In this document: piece after piece, positions 12,300 through 26,584 of the stretch | Layout: the number at the start of each line of letters is the position of its first letter | How positions within the stretch are numbered: position 1 is the stretch's first letter | Assembly (NCBI RefSeq): GCF_006345805.1 | Contig: NC_043007.1 | Location: forward strand, 50,530,001-50,594,000 | Direction: 5' to 3' | Origin: Octopus sinensis | Lineage: Eukaryota | DNA length: 64,000 bases | Made by a program: the position numbers and the translations under genes | The notes under the pieces: generated by a model | Databases searched by the model: none | Seen by the model: only the letters and a program-made list of their open reading frames with translations | What the model was told of the DNA's origin: nothing

Positions 12300-14050
12300 C
12301 ATTCAACAGATTAGACTATTGGAAAAGAAAAAAATCCTAATATCGGGCTACAATAAATAATCTTAAATGCCAAGAACCCTCTTAAGTATCCTAGTTGTCC
12401 CTATTAATACTGTTTTTTGCAGCTGTATTAAACTGGGTTTTATGTCTATTCCCTCTATCAAATCTTTAAGGATAGTTCCCAATGCATCTATAACTACTGG
12501 GATACATTTTACTCGCAATTTCCATAGTCTCTGTAATTGAATAGCTAGGTCCTCGTACTTTGCTATTTTTTCTATACCTCTCTTATTAATGTTTTCATCA
12601 TTTGGGACTACTACTACTACTAGCACCAAATCAGGCCTTCTAGCTTTTAATACTCTGTCAGCCCGAATGTTGAAGTCCCACATCTTGCATTTCTTATTTC
12701 TACTATTTTACTAGGTTCATGTTCATACAATTTATCAGTATGTTCAAATCCTAGCTCTCTGCATAGCTCCCAGTGGATTACTTTCCCTAGATTGTCATGT
12801 CTTTTCTTGTATTCTTCCTGTGCAAGCATTCTACATTCACTTACTATGTGAATAACGCTTTCCTCTTTTGATTTGCATAATCAACTTGGGACTTTTCTTG
12901 ATTTTTGTCTATCTTGGCTTTTATCCAATTATACCTTAATGCTTGATCTAGTGCAGCTACTAACAAACTTTCTGTCTCCCTCTTCAGCTTTCCCTTCTGG
13001 AACCATAACCATGTATCTCTACTACTATTTGCTGCAACTATCTTTGGGAATCTATCATGCAACGCCTTTCTCCTGCCAGCCATATAATTTCTGTTTTTTA
13101 TTCTGGTTTTTAAGTTCGTTTGGATCTTTGGTTTCCATATTGTCTTGCTGTGACTCTAGCAGCTTTTAATGAAGGAAAGTTAATAGAGCTGGTTGCTTCT
13201 CACTTCTTCCCTCACTTACTTAACCATTCTGCATCTCCATCGTGATTGACTGGCTTATCCCAAATATTACTCCAGAACTTTCTAGCTTCTTCTGCATTAG
13301 GTTTCTCATCTTCAGTACCTCGTTCTCCACTATTTAGTTGGTTATAAAATCTTCTCTGGTCTGTCTTAAATAATCTTTTCTGTTGAGACTCATCTATTCT
13401 TTTCTGCTATATGGAGAGCTTGCCTGCTACTGCTATGATATGTTGTTTCAGCTCTTCTATAACTGTCCTTCCTACTGCATGGTCTTTCTTTTCCAGTTTT
13501 CTTGTGTTCTCTTCTGCTTCCAGTTCTGTCATTCACTTTTTTTCTCCTAATAGTATTAGCTTGATCAACTAATCTCTGCTTAGGACTTTAAACATACCCT
13601 TCTCTACTCAAAGTGTTAATATCTGTTTTTTATAGCCCCATCTTTTAGATTCTCTTTCTAAGTAGCACTGCATCACTATCCTGTTTTCTTCGCTGGTCCA
13701 TTTCCTCCTCTTTGTTCTATTGTCTGCTGGTGCTGTATTAGGATAACAGCTGTGGTCAGCCTGTATCTTTACTGAACCACTGCCGAGCGAGAGGCCTTCC
13801 CTTAATGGTCCAGCCTTATTTTCACTGTTACAACCAGAGTTTGTTAGGAAACTCTTGTCTCTCATTAACTGAGGTAAGGTAACGTTCGTCACCATCGTCA
13901 TCACCACTATTATTTTTCGACATCTGAAAGTTGCATAGTAGTATGTGTGAATCATAGATCAACTATTTCATAGTATTTATGATTATCTATCCGCCGTTCT
14001 TTCTCTTTTTTAGTTGACTTTGTTATGGGTTCTCCTTTTACAACGTTTAC
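12300..14050 (-). mobile_element. R4/Dong-like LINE, internally deleted (RT and thumb absent)
   Basis: N-terminal RRKWTSEENRIVMQCY (13608-13955), pre-RT segment ..RLFKTDQRRFYNQL..EEARKFWSNIW.., then directly W.FQKGKLKRETESLLVAALDQAL, KKRHDNLGKVIHWELC and RRPD endonuclease motifs. (ATT)n on the plus strand at 14052-14115 and a degenerate tract at about 12277-12295. Confidence 0.85.
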
Positions 14051-14256
14051 TCATTATTATTATTATTGTTGTTGTTGTTGTTGTTGTTGTTGTTATTATT
14101 ATTATTATTATTATTTAAAATATTCTGTGAAATACATATTACTAGCGTGTGCTGGATCCACTAGTGCACCTTAGGGTATCTTTTGTTATTTATTTTATTG
14201 ATCCGAAAAGATGAAAGGCTTAGTGGACCACGGTGAAAACAAAACAATAATAATGG

Positions 14257-14440
14257 TTTCAAATTTTGGAACAAGGCCAACAATTTCGCGGGGTGGGGAT
14301 AAATCGACCCCAATACTCAACTGGTAAGGATGAAAGCCAAAGTCGACCTCGACAGCATTTGAACTCAGAATGTAAAGACGGACGAAATTCTACCAAGCAT
14401 TCTGCCTGGCGTGAAAATGATTCCGCCAGCACGCTGCCTT
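14257..14440 (-). mobile_element. SINE family A
   Basis: Reverse complement matches the family A head (gcgtgctggcggaatc..gagttcaaatg..gaggtcgac) and tail ccaaaatttgaaacc-attattatt. Confidence 0.8.
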
Positions 14441-15131
14441 GAACACAGTAAGAACATAATGATTACAACAAGTATATATTGTTTGACGACCTCCTAGAAA
14501 TGGGAATCAAATTTCTTAAATTAGATCCTACTGCCTTCAAAAAGAAGGATAATAGATGAGGTTAAAATAAAATTGAAACTAGTGTTTTCCCGTGACATCT
14601 TTTTAAGAACAAGTTTGCTTGATTAGGATTGCCCAGTGGTTAAACGACAACAAGAAGAAGATGTAGAAGAATAACATCAACAGGACTAACGTCAACAGCA
14701 ATAAGAACAATACAACAAAAATAGCGCAACGTTAGAAATAATAACAATACCAATGACATTATCGGTAATAACGTCAACAACAGCAGCAACAATAACGCAA
14801 TAAGAATAACGCCAGCATCAAAAACAATATAAAGAACACGAACAACGCTACAACAACACCAGCGTCAATTAGAGCAGCGTCTACTACAATATCAAGACTA
14901 GAAGACTGAAAATTACTAATTGAGGAAGAAGTGTAAAATTCGATAAGACACTAAATTTCGCTGGTTGAAATGTTGATGTAATTTATATTTAAAGAGAAGA
15001 ATTAAGAATTAAATACTGAGCTAAATATTATTGAACAAGCAAGGAAGAAACGGTGAATACAACGATAAATTACTGAAAACAGGCTATATATATATATATA
15101 TATATATAGATATATATATATAGAGAGAGAG

Positions 15132-15472
15132 AGAGGGCACTATTACACATAGATGCCTCACGCTAGGAAGGACTCTTAAAGTTAAAAACTACTAAAATAA
15201 ATAAACACGTCGTAACGAAACAATTCTCGAAGCAGGTCATTTAAAAACAGAATTTAGCCACATATCACACTGTGATTTCGTAATCGGTGCAGAGTAAAGA
15301 GTATTTATTACTGCACCGATTACGAAATCACAGTGTGATATGTGGCCAAATTTTGTTTTTAAATTACCTGCTTCGAGAGTTGGTTTCGGTATGATGTGTT
15401 TATTTATTTTAGTAGTTTTGACTTTAAGAGTCCCTCCTAGCGTGAAGCATCTATGTGTCATAATACCCTCTA
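15132..15472. mobile_element. Palindromic (fold-back/MITE-like) element with arms of about 160 bp and an 18-nt spacer
   Basis: 15132-15292 is the reverse complement of 15311-15472. The inner 36 bp (15257-15292 vs 15311-15346) are perfect, the outer parts have mismatches. No coding capacity; TA-rich flanks. Confidence 0.85.
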
Positions 15473-15581
15473 TATAATATAAATAAATAAATTTAAAAGA
15501 AAAAGTTGATGGTTTTTTTCTCTTATGATGTTTTTCACGCTAACTACTTGATAAATTCCAATGAAGATTTTATCCTATTTT

Positions 15582-15693
<112 letters not shown>

Positions 15694-16329
15694 TATATAT
15701 ATATATTATAATATATATATATATATATATATATTGTAAATTATGCAATTAATCAGTGAAGAAGAATAAAAGACGAAAAGAATAAAACCACGAGATAATT
15801 ATTTTAGTGGTTTCTTTTCCTTGGATCATAGCCAAATATATATAAACAAGATCGTGGATCAGTTTCACTGATGAATGCATATTCGATTAAAGCAAAATGG
15901 TTGAGTATCACACAGATATTTGTTTACTTAATGTAACCCTCAGCCACAGTCAGTGTGACACGGTTATAGTATCTTTTAATCACTACTATGGTCCATCTGA
16001 TGAGCTTCCGCACACATTCCTATTGCCACTTTAATCCACAAGACTAGGCCGAAGGTACTAATCCGAGACTGTGTGATTATAAAAGGAGTTTCTCCACTGT
16101 TCTGTCATTAAATATTTTATAAATAATAACTTTAAGTTGTATATGACTGTTGTTACCATTTATTTATTTAGAGAGTGCATTTTCCTTCTTTTTTCTTCTT
16201 CTTCTTCCTCTTTCTCTTCTTCTACTCCTCATTTCCTCTCAACGACAAAGATTCGAAGATAAGGAGATCACAATGGAAAATCGAAAGGAATAAAGCTATA
16301 TCTTTTACCTTTTATCTTTTACTTGATTT

Positions 16330-16771
16330 AGTCATTAAACTGTGGCCATGCTGGGGCACCGTTTAATAGATTTTTAGACGAATGTATCGACCTCAGAACT
16401 TAACTTTTTAAAACCTGGAATTTATACTACTAGTATATTTTGCCGAACTGCTAGTTTACAAAGACGTAAACTCAGACCCACTGTATGGCACCTTGGGCAA
16501 GTGTGAGTGGATTTGGTAGACGGAAATTGGAAGAAGCCCGTCGTATATGTGTGTGTGTGTGTGTATGTCTCTGTGTGTGTGTGTGTGTCTATATCTGTGT
16601 GTGTTTATGAGTCTGTGTTTGTCCCCCACGATCGCTTGACAACCGACGTTGGTGTGTTTTTGTCCCATAACTTAGGAATAGTGAGCGATAGAATAATTCC
16701 TGGGGTCGATTTGTTCGACTAAAGGCGGAGCTCAAGCATGGCCGCAGTCAAATGAGTGAAACAAGTAAAAG
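16330..16771. mobile_element. SINE family B fragments: 3' part on minus (about 16330-16470) abutting a 5'-truncated copy on plus (about 16472-16771)
   Basis: ggccatgctggggcacc (tail, minus strand), then caccttgggcaagtg..gaagcccgtcg..gaaacaagtaaaag (plus strand). Confidence 0.75.
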
Positions 16772-16790
16772 AATATATATATATATATAT

Positions 16791-16991
16791 GTGACCTCGT
16801 GTGTACCGTTGGCGATTTTTTTCCTTTGTCTTCCCTTCTCTGGATCTTTCCTTCTCCTATGTTTCCGACGAAGAGCTCCGCTCGAAACGTTAAACCCTCC
16901 TTCTTTCCTTCTTTTTTGAGCGTCCAATAATACTATATTTGTTGCACGTCCTCGCGTTGTTGTGTTTTTTTGTGCTTTCTTGTTTGGATTA

Positions 16992-16996
<5 letters not shown>
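16791..16996 (+). mobile_element. Second (TA)n-embedded cassette with a hammerhead-like motif; probable PLE pLTR remnant of a different family
   Basis: Block of about 205 bp with perfect (TA)n on both sides and the motif at 16861-16895. Confidence 0.6.
16861..16895 (+). ncRNA. Minimal type I hammerhead-ribozyme-like motif (variant core)
   Basis: gttt-CCGACGA-A-GAGC-tcc-GCTC-GAAAC-GTT-aaac. Stem I gttt/aaac, stem II GAGC/GCTC, palindromic AACGTT at stem III. U4 appears as C. Confidence 0.55.
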
Positions 16997-17027
<31 letters not shown>

Positions 17028-17028
<1 letters not shown>

Positions 17029-17722
17029 GACGGGCTTTTTTCAGTTTCAGTCTACAAAATCTACTTACAAAGTTTTGGCCGGTCTTAGGCTACAATAGAA
17101 AACACTAGCCCAAGGTATCACACAGCGTGACTGAACCCCGAACTATGTGGTTGGCAAGCAAGCTTCTTACCACACGCCCACAATTGTACCTATACTAAAT
17201 AAACAAATACATTATATTGGCGTATTTACTTACTTAGTCAACAGTATGACTTACGATGCCTTAGTAATAAGTTGAGAGTTAGCCTTTATTATACTAGATG
17301 AGTTCTGAGTGGTGGTGGGAGGGTCTAAAAGTTTTGGTTGACTGCAATAGGACGGTGCACATCAAGCTATTGAGTTATCTTGATATCTGGGACGTATTCT
17401 CAATGCTTTCCATAGAGTGAACCTTGCTAAAGGCAGTTAAGGGACATAAACACACCAACACCAGCTGTCAAGTGGTAATGGAGGCAAATACACATACACA
17501 CACAGGTGTGTACGTACGTGTGTGTGTGCGTGTGTGTGTGTAAGAGAGAGAGAGAGAAAGAGAGACTGGTTTCTTTCAGTTTCTGTCTACCAAATCCACT
17601 CACAAACCTTTGGTCGGCTCGAGGCTTTAGTTGAAGATATTTGGTGAAGGTGCCACGCAGTGTGACTGAACCCGGAACCTTGTAGTTGGGTAGCAAGTAT
17701 CTCACCATAGAGCCACGCCTGC
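17028..17722 (-). mobile_element. Two SINE family B copies (about 17028-17180 and 17420-17722)
   Basis: gacgggctt..cagtttc..gtgactgaac..cttaccac motifs are the reverse complement of the family B head. Confidence 0.8.
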
Positions 17723-18141
17723 ACCTGATATTAATATCATTAAATAATTTGTTTTTCAGTTTACTATGCTAACCCATAACTATTATTTCTTCTAACATTT
17801 TCACTACTTACAGCACTTCATATCTTTCTAAACACATTTAATCATTTAAATCATTCTGCCTATATCTACATCATTTTTCTCTTTTAGGATTTTCTTTTGT
17901 GCTTGAACTGTTAAACCAATGATAACTGGAGCAAAGTAATCCATACTGTCGAAAGGATTTTGGAAGTGTTATTCTCTTTACATCATGGCAGAAGCATTGT
18001 GCCTGAAAGGCAATTCTATATAATACATATACTTCGTTTCACATAAGACGCTAATCTAATTATCTGAAAATTTGTCTCAGTTAATGCTGAGATATTAAAT
18101 GATGCGTTCATTTGTATGTGTGTGTGTGTGTGTGTGTGTAT

Positions 18142-18177
<36 letters not shown>

Positions 18178-18880
18178 CTACATATGCATATGCATCTGTG
18201 TGTGCGTGAGTATTACTCTGCATTTCTAATGAGCTCTAATTTTTTGATGATGTAACTCCTTTGGAGTTAGCATGGTCAAAAGTGCAAATGTGTGCGTTAA
18301 TATTTATGTACGATGAAAACTTTTCCCGCCCTATAACATCTGACACTATCAGCACCAGCTGCAGCAGTAACAACAACAACAGCAGCAGCAACAACAACAA
18401 CAACAACAACAACAGCAACAGTGAACATAGCAGCAAAAGTAAAAACAATAGTAACGACATGATGCTTCATAAATATGCAGCAAATTCAGTCAATCTTAAT
18501 TGATAACCAATACATGTTGTGTCTACCATACAAGGAACACAACATGGTCTCTCTGCCCTTCATGCTCAAAGGTCACCAGCTAAACCTATCTTTTCCACCA
18601 TCGATTGCTTTTCCATTTTTGATGTTACACAACTACCTTATTCCGCTTTTACTGGGGAGCCTTGTCTATGAATAATAACTATATTCACTACAAACAGGTT
18701 GTCCAAGAGTTTTGTCGCATGACCAAACCACGTCACATAGCAAAAACCACATCATTGTTACTCAAAGCAATTTTCCACTCTATCATACTCAAAGCAATCT
18801 TCTTTTCTTTCCCCTCCATTGTCCACATTTCTACCTGCAATCTTAGCAGAAACTACATGCATACATACATATATGTATAT

Positions 18881-18949
<69 letters not shown>

Positions 18950-20639
18950 AGGCTATATATATGTGTATATATGCAGTATATGCATGTATGTATGTGCATA
19001 CACATATACACGCACAGAGACACACAAACATACATACACATATATACATACACATACCCATATAATCACACACTCACGCACATTCGTATATACATATACA
19101 CGTGTGCGTGGGTGTTTATTTATTTGTATATGCGTTAAGAAAAAATATGGTGAACAATATACGAGTATATAATAATGGGGTGAAATTCCTTTATTTATTT
19201 TTAAATCTCATAACTTATTTCAGATAACTCTGCTACGTCTAGTCCCTTGTTTCTAATACTTACACGTTGTTTCAATAAACCTAGCTGTTACATAAACAAA
19301 CAAATATATAATTTAATAAAATGGACACACCTATTCTATGTTGAAATCAGCTCTCAAAAAGTTGTCATAGTTTTTCTGAGTTTTCTTTATAACTTTTTGT
19401 TCAATATGGCGTTGAAGGACATACGCTAAATAAGCAGAAATTAATTCCAATATATTTTGTCGTAGAACTTGGATATAAGATAAAGCAAAAAGTAAAACGT
19501 TTCTAAATAATATTTCTATGATTATCTACGAGAAGAACTAAAAAGAAGAAGTGAAATAAATTATAAATAAAAAATAAATAAAACCACACGCAGACATTTT
19601 AAAATTTTTATTTGAGTAGACATTAAAAGAATTTGCAATGAATTTCCAGTTGCTAAAACGGGCGTTTCACATTAGCGAATCCAGTGAAAGGAAAGAGGAT
19701 TACAGATATTGGTTACTTGTTGACGACGAAGCTAGTGTTTTTTTTTCTTTTTTGTTAGTGTGTGTATGTGTGCACGTGCGCGCGCGGTGCGTGTGTGTGT
19801 GTGTGAGGCAGGGAACTTTTGCTTTAAATTTTACCTCTCTTCTGTGTCTTTTTAAGTTTTCGAGAATCACTTTATAATTTCAAAAATGCAAACCCGCTTA
19901 TATTATATTATATTATTATGTTTAAGTCCAATGGGAGGGACGAGTTAGTAGAGTTGTTAGAGCATCGGAAGAAAATATTTGGGGGCATTTGTTTCGGTTC
20001 CTTACGAACTGAGTTCAAATCACATTGAGGTCAACTTCATCCTTCATCATTCTGGCTTTGATAAAACAAAGTACTGGTCAAGCACTCCTCCCACTCAAAA
20101 TTGCTGATCATCCGGCTGAATTAGAAGCCATGTTTTGCTCTGGCGCTTCACTCATGATACTGTGGCCATGCTACAAAACCATCCTGAAGGGCTTTAACCG
20201 TTTATATCAAATAAAAAATGTTGTATGGCACCTAATTTATGACACTCTGAATGGAACAAAAGCCGAAATGAAATTATACAGATTAAGATATCAGGGAGTA
20301 TTCAAATACTCCCAAGTATCTTCACTATTTCACATCTACACACACACACACATACACATCCACAGTATTTAATTATAAATCCATTCCTTTTTTTCACCAC
20401 GATTTAACTATGACGAATACTCTCCTTCCTTTTCGCACAATTCAAATTCCGTTTACCTCAGTTATCTACATTAAAAATATCAATGAGTTTAGTACTCTCA
20501 CATTATTCTCTGATATAAATTCCATTCAGATTTATATATTAGATAATGGTTATAGACCAAAATACAATCATAACCCTCCACAGAGGATGCGAAAGTAACA
20601 CAGCTATAGGAAAAATGCTTAGAATTAATCGAATGCCAG

Positions 20640-21377
20640 TCTGGAAAATTGTCAAGAAATTTTAAAAGACTAGCTCCAATGCTGGTCGACCTGGACGTGG
20701 TTGGAAAAAAAGTGTGCCGACCCCCTCAGCTTATCAAAACTACCAGAGAAAAGATACAGCGGAATCCTCATTGTTCTGTCAGAAAACTGGCCGTGACAGC
20801 AAAAATAAACCGAGGATCAATGTGTCGAGTGCTGCAGGAGCGTCTCGGGAGTCAACCCAGCAAGATAATCCACAATCATGAACTATTGCAAGTTTATAAG
20901 GCCATGAGACAGGAAAAAAGTCGTCTTAACCTGCGTCAGATTGCTAAAGACACGTTGCCCGACCCGTTGTCCACTGATGAAAAGAACGAACAACGGACAG
21001 TAAACTATCAGAATGACCGACTTTGGAGTATATCTGGCTCCGTCGAGTGTAGACTCGTAAATCGACGTCAAAATCCAATGGAAGGTCTCCCCACATTTTT
21101 GTGCTCTCGGCTGTTAAAATTAACACCCAGCAATGAATTAGCGACATTCTGGAAGCTGAACTGCTTTCATGACCAAATGAGCACTTTCAAGGCGCAAGTG
21201 TCGGCACCATCTCACAGCTCCACACAGACACATCTCTGGATTCAGAAAAACATTCTGTCGTTCATAGGCAAGAATGTATAGCCCTCAAGAAGCCCCGATC
21301 TCAAGCCGTTGGATTTCTCTGTTTGGTCTATTTTGGAGACAGTCTCAAGCACTTCTCATGCTTCACTAGACGCACTC
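20640..21377 (+). mobile_element. Tc1/mariner-superfamily transposase relic, DD37D (maT-type)
   Basis: ORF 20649-21281 has TDEK..NYQNDR. Read-through gives Q(V)SAPSH..NV*PSRSPDLKPLDFSVWSILE with 37 residues between the degenerate second D position and the third D. The 3' part is truncated by (TG)n and no TIRs were recognised. Confidence 0.75.
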
Positions 21378-21391
21378 TGTGTGTGTGTGTT

Positions 21392-21491
<100 letters not shown>

Positions 21492-23268
21492 GTGTGTGTG
21501 TGAGTGTATGTGTATGTGTGTGATTTTATATGCTAACAAAGCAAACAACAGGTTGTACGGAGCACTGCATGAATAAATCAAAGATAGGACAGAAACAGCA
21601 GAAGCGGAAATCAACAAAACACAACATGCGAAAAAGCAGGCGGTAACATAACAAACGGCAAGCAGAACAAAAATAAGATACAGGAATCATTCGCAGCCGA
21701 TTTCCTTCTCAGTCGGTCTCCGGAAAGTTCTTGTAGTTTCGCACTCATTTATCTCTTAGACTACTCGAATCCGGCGAGTGCCAGGGACTTAAGCCTCTGG
21801 GAAAGGAAAACGAATGTTTACAAGAACGAAAGCAAAAACGGATACAAAAACGGGGAAGCTAGAATTAAACACGTACAACAACGCCTTTCGGCTATACAAG
21901 AGAGGGAAAACAATTGTACATATACGAATTCAAATAAATAAACAACAGAAAGGGTCTTTCGAATATCGGACGAACGTAACGTTATGAAATAATAATGCAA
22001 ATGCAACAGAAAAAGAATTATACATATATAATGGACAAGCGCCTTTCGGCTACACAGCAAAGGTAAATAATTGTACAATTACAACGAATAAATAACAAAA
22101 AGTAGTAAGCTGGCGCAAAGGAAAAATGAAAACTCTTAATAGACCGGGTGGGAGGACAGACAAACGTGATCAGCCTGAAAGATGGCTGGTCGGAAAAGGA
22201 CGACAATGCCTTAGCCGGACAGCGATCACGTGGTGGGAGAGGGAAAGAGTTGAAGAAGGCAGGGAGACTTAAGGAATAGGAGAGAGGGGGAAAGAAATCA
22301 GAGGGACTAAGGAATGAGAGGGAGGGAAAGAGGGAGAGAAAACACACACATACACACATAAAGAGCTCATAAACATATATGTTATACAACATGTAACATT
22401 GACATACATTAATCGGAGTAACCCGGCAAGCTACGTGTGTTATGTTGTTTGCTTTCCGAACGGTAATCGAGGCACAAGCCACCGGTCCACCACCCAGCAA
22501 CAGGTTCACACACCGGCTGATGAACTGTGGCACGCACATTGGTTACCGATTGGATATAAGACAATTAATACCTGTGGCTTGCCGGGATAGTCCAATTAGT
22601 GCGCATGAGGATTCCTTGTCTGTATTAGATATTATCTCTATTTCAGTTTCAATGATATTGAGGACTACTTTTTTTGGTGTTACATTCGCGATTAATCGTT
22701 TTATTTTCATACATACATACATACATACATACATACATACATACATACATACATACATACATACATACATACATACGTACGTACATACATACATACATAC
22801 GTACATACATACATACACACATATGTATGTATCTATGCATGTATGTATGTGCGCATGTATGTATGTGTGTATGTATATGTAAGCAAGACTTACGAAGAAT
22901 TTTGAAACGCACTTTCATTCCAACAACCCATTATTCCGATAAACAACTCTGTTCTGATAACAAGCGAAATTTACATCATTTATCCATGCATATATAGGCA
23001 AATATATTTGTCAACTTTTGTCCAGGGCGGACAATCCCTTACAGAATGTCAGCTATCAACACTGTAGGCATATGACTAAGTGACTGTAGGCATGTGGCTA
23101 GTCGTGAGGTCTGTAATAATAAAATGAGATGCAACGCAGGGGCTCCAAAGAAAATCCCTGGAAATTGTATATGCCTCAACTTGCGTGAGGTATGTACAAT
23201 TCTATATATGCATAGATAGATAGATAGATAGATACAAATATATATTTTATATATATGTATATATTTAC

Positions 23269-23333
<65 letters not shown>

Positions 23334-23509
23334 TATACATATATATACACACACACATGCATATATATATACACATATGTGTGTGTCTGTGAATATATAT
23401 GTATATGTGTGCAAATATAAATTTCCATATATGTGCACACACACACATACACAAATACATATATATATGTTTGCATACGTATACTCAGACACATATATAT
23501 GTGTGTGTA

Positions 23510-23559
<50 letters not shown>

Positions 23560-23919
23560 TGTGTGTATGTGTCAGTTTCTGTGTGCATGTGTGTGTGTGT
23601 GTGGTGTGTGTGTGTGTATTTGCTTTATATGCAAGTTCTTATTCTCTTCCAAGCCATCTTTCACAAGTATTTCATAGGGACTGAAACATGCAAAAATGTT
23701 GTAGACTTCAACATATGGTCCTGTGACTTCTCCACTAAACCAGAAGCAATTTGCTTCTCGCACACATCTGCCTTCAATCAACTTCTGTTGTTGCTACTCA
23801 ATGATTCTCTTAATCTAATATAAGGGCCTTTTGTTCGAACAGTCACACCATTTCTTGTCTACCCTACTATACTGACACACCTACTCAACAATTTCTGACG
23901 TATGCAAAATATACTAGCC

Positions 23920-23998
<79 letters not shown>

Positions 23999-24190
23999 AG
24001 ACAGATAGATAGATACATATATACATACATACTTACATACGCACATGCATACAATCATAGGAAATGCGCGCGCGCACACACACATGTATAAGTGTGTATA
24101 TACTTATACATGTAATGTGTGTGTGCTTGTGTGCGCCTGTGTGCGTGCATGTTCTTATGTATGTATGTATGTATGTATATATATACACAC

Positions 24191-24246
<56 letters not shown>

Positions 24247-24506
24247 CATGTATGCATGTATATATCAACATGTGTACGCGTACATACATGCTTACATATA
24301 TTCGTCCCCACATACTCAGATGCATGCATGCACATACACACAAATTCATACAAACACCCGCATACATAAACCGTGAAGTGTTGTCAGCGGCTCTTTAAAA
24401 TGTTAAATAAAATAGAAGCTCTACTCTCGCTCTTCTTCTTGTTCTTTTTTCTTTTTCCTCTTCTTCTTCTTCTTCTTCTTCTTTCTCTTCTACTACTACT
24501 ACTACT

Positions 24507-24546
<40 letters not shown>

Positions 24547-25316
24547 GCAGCACCACCTCCGCGCCACCATCACCTCCACTCAACAGCAACAGCAGTACAA
24601 ACACCACCACCTTCTTACCCTTCCATGCTATCACTCCGTCAGCCCCCTCTCTCTGATCCTTAACACTTTGCTGCACCTATCATACTAGTCTCTCACTCTC
24701 TCTTATTCCCATTTTACCTATATATATATATAGGTAAAATGGAAATGATATATATATATAATATATTAACACATTCGTATACGTACATGTCCCATAGCAA
24801 CCTATAAAATATTTCGGATGTTGCCTCCTTTCACCTCGCTAGAATTAGTTAAGCCACAGTTTTACTATGTGTAAATGATTTTCGCTGAGTAGTGAAATCC
24901 TTGGTCCTTTGTAGTGATTGGGTAGCATAGGGTTTTCGGGGCGACAATAAACTAAAAGTTTATGGCAGAGATTCATTTAAATTCTTTTTTTATTGACTTT
25001 ATTTTTAGAAAAGTGTTTCTTACAATTATTTTTGAGAAACTATTTTATTCGTTGACATTTAGTGTTTTGTTACATGTTTGCCTTGAGAGGTTCTGAACTC
25101 ACATAAATACGTAACTTTATGTTTGGCGATATAATTTATTTATATATATATTTTGTTAAATAAATATACAGTACTAGAGCTAAATCAAAAATAAGGTATT
25201 TAAATTATATATTGCACAGTGAGAAGCAGAATTATAAAATCAGTTTATACGAAGTTATGACTGTCTGGGTGTGATGTGTTTATATGTAAATATGTGTGTA
25301 TATGTGTTTGGATTTG

Positions 25317-25347
<31 letters not shown>

Positions 25348-25691
25348 ACCTGTCTAAGAATCCATAAATCAGAAAAATATATGCACTCGCGTATTTGTCA
25401 AAAGAATGGGTATTTTAATCAACGTGTACAGTATTATATATCCATTGCGGCCGATTCAGACAATCGGTTTCGTTCTTTGGGTTCAACGGAGTGTTAGGTA
25501 ACAGTTCGATTATATAACCTTGCACGCTTTCATAACTGCCATCTCTGAAGCTCGCAGTGTTACATAATCGGGCTGCTATCTAACAATCATTTAAACCCTT
25601 AGTGCAAAACTGATTGGTAAGATCAGTTGTAAAAAATATCTAATACGGCAATGCGGGAGCATTATATATATATATATATATATAAGTAATA

Positions 25692-25743
<52 letters not shown>

Positions 25744-25785
25744 TATATATATAATATATATATATATAAGTAATATACATATATG

Positions 25786-25818
<33 letters not shown>

Positions 25819-26584
25819 TACATATATAATATGACAAAGGAATAAACGATTACCGTTTGAAATTTATTAGCTTACAAATTTATTAGTTTCTGCTGTAAGA
25901 TGCAATGAACTTGTAGATGAGTGCTTGAGTGACGTGACACATAGCTTCATCAGCTCCACGAATATGAGGTGCATTTTACTTGGGAATAGAATAACATTTA
26001 TGTATATATGTATATATACAGAAAAAAAGCATTACCAATGAGAAAGCCAACATGTAAGTAAGGGATAGTCAACGACTTTTCCCTAAATATAAGATCAATT
26101 TTAAAAGCGTATGTAATGATTTAGATAAAGGATAATATTTCCCTCGCATAACATTTCCTTCATTAACTCAATGCGGGTAATTTGAATGATGAATTAGTAA
26201 ATAACGCCCCATCTTGGTCACATATTGATTAGTGAAACCAGTTAGTGAATAAAGAAAGACCAGTCACAGGAGTCAAAATAAGACACATGATGAAGCAGCA
26301 AATAAGTTCATAATGATTAACCTGAAGTTTATGTCGATGGCGGTTTGAATTAAACTCAGGCTAGATCTAATTGAGAAGGCTCATCACCAATATGTTCCAG
26401 ACATGACCAATTCACAGTATATCTAGGACAACATTATCTGATATATCCTTCGATTTTTACAAGATTGTTGCAAGTCGAGTGGTCATATGAAATCTTTTTA
26501 TTCCACTAGTTGTGACGTAAATTTACGTCGACATGTTTTGGAATTTTTTCAATAGGATCAGTCAATATGATAGAACTAAATAGA

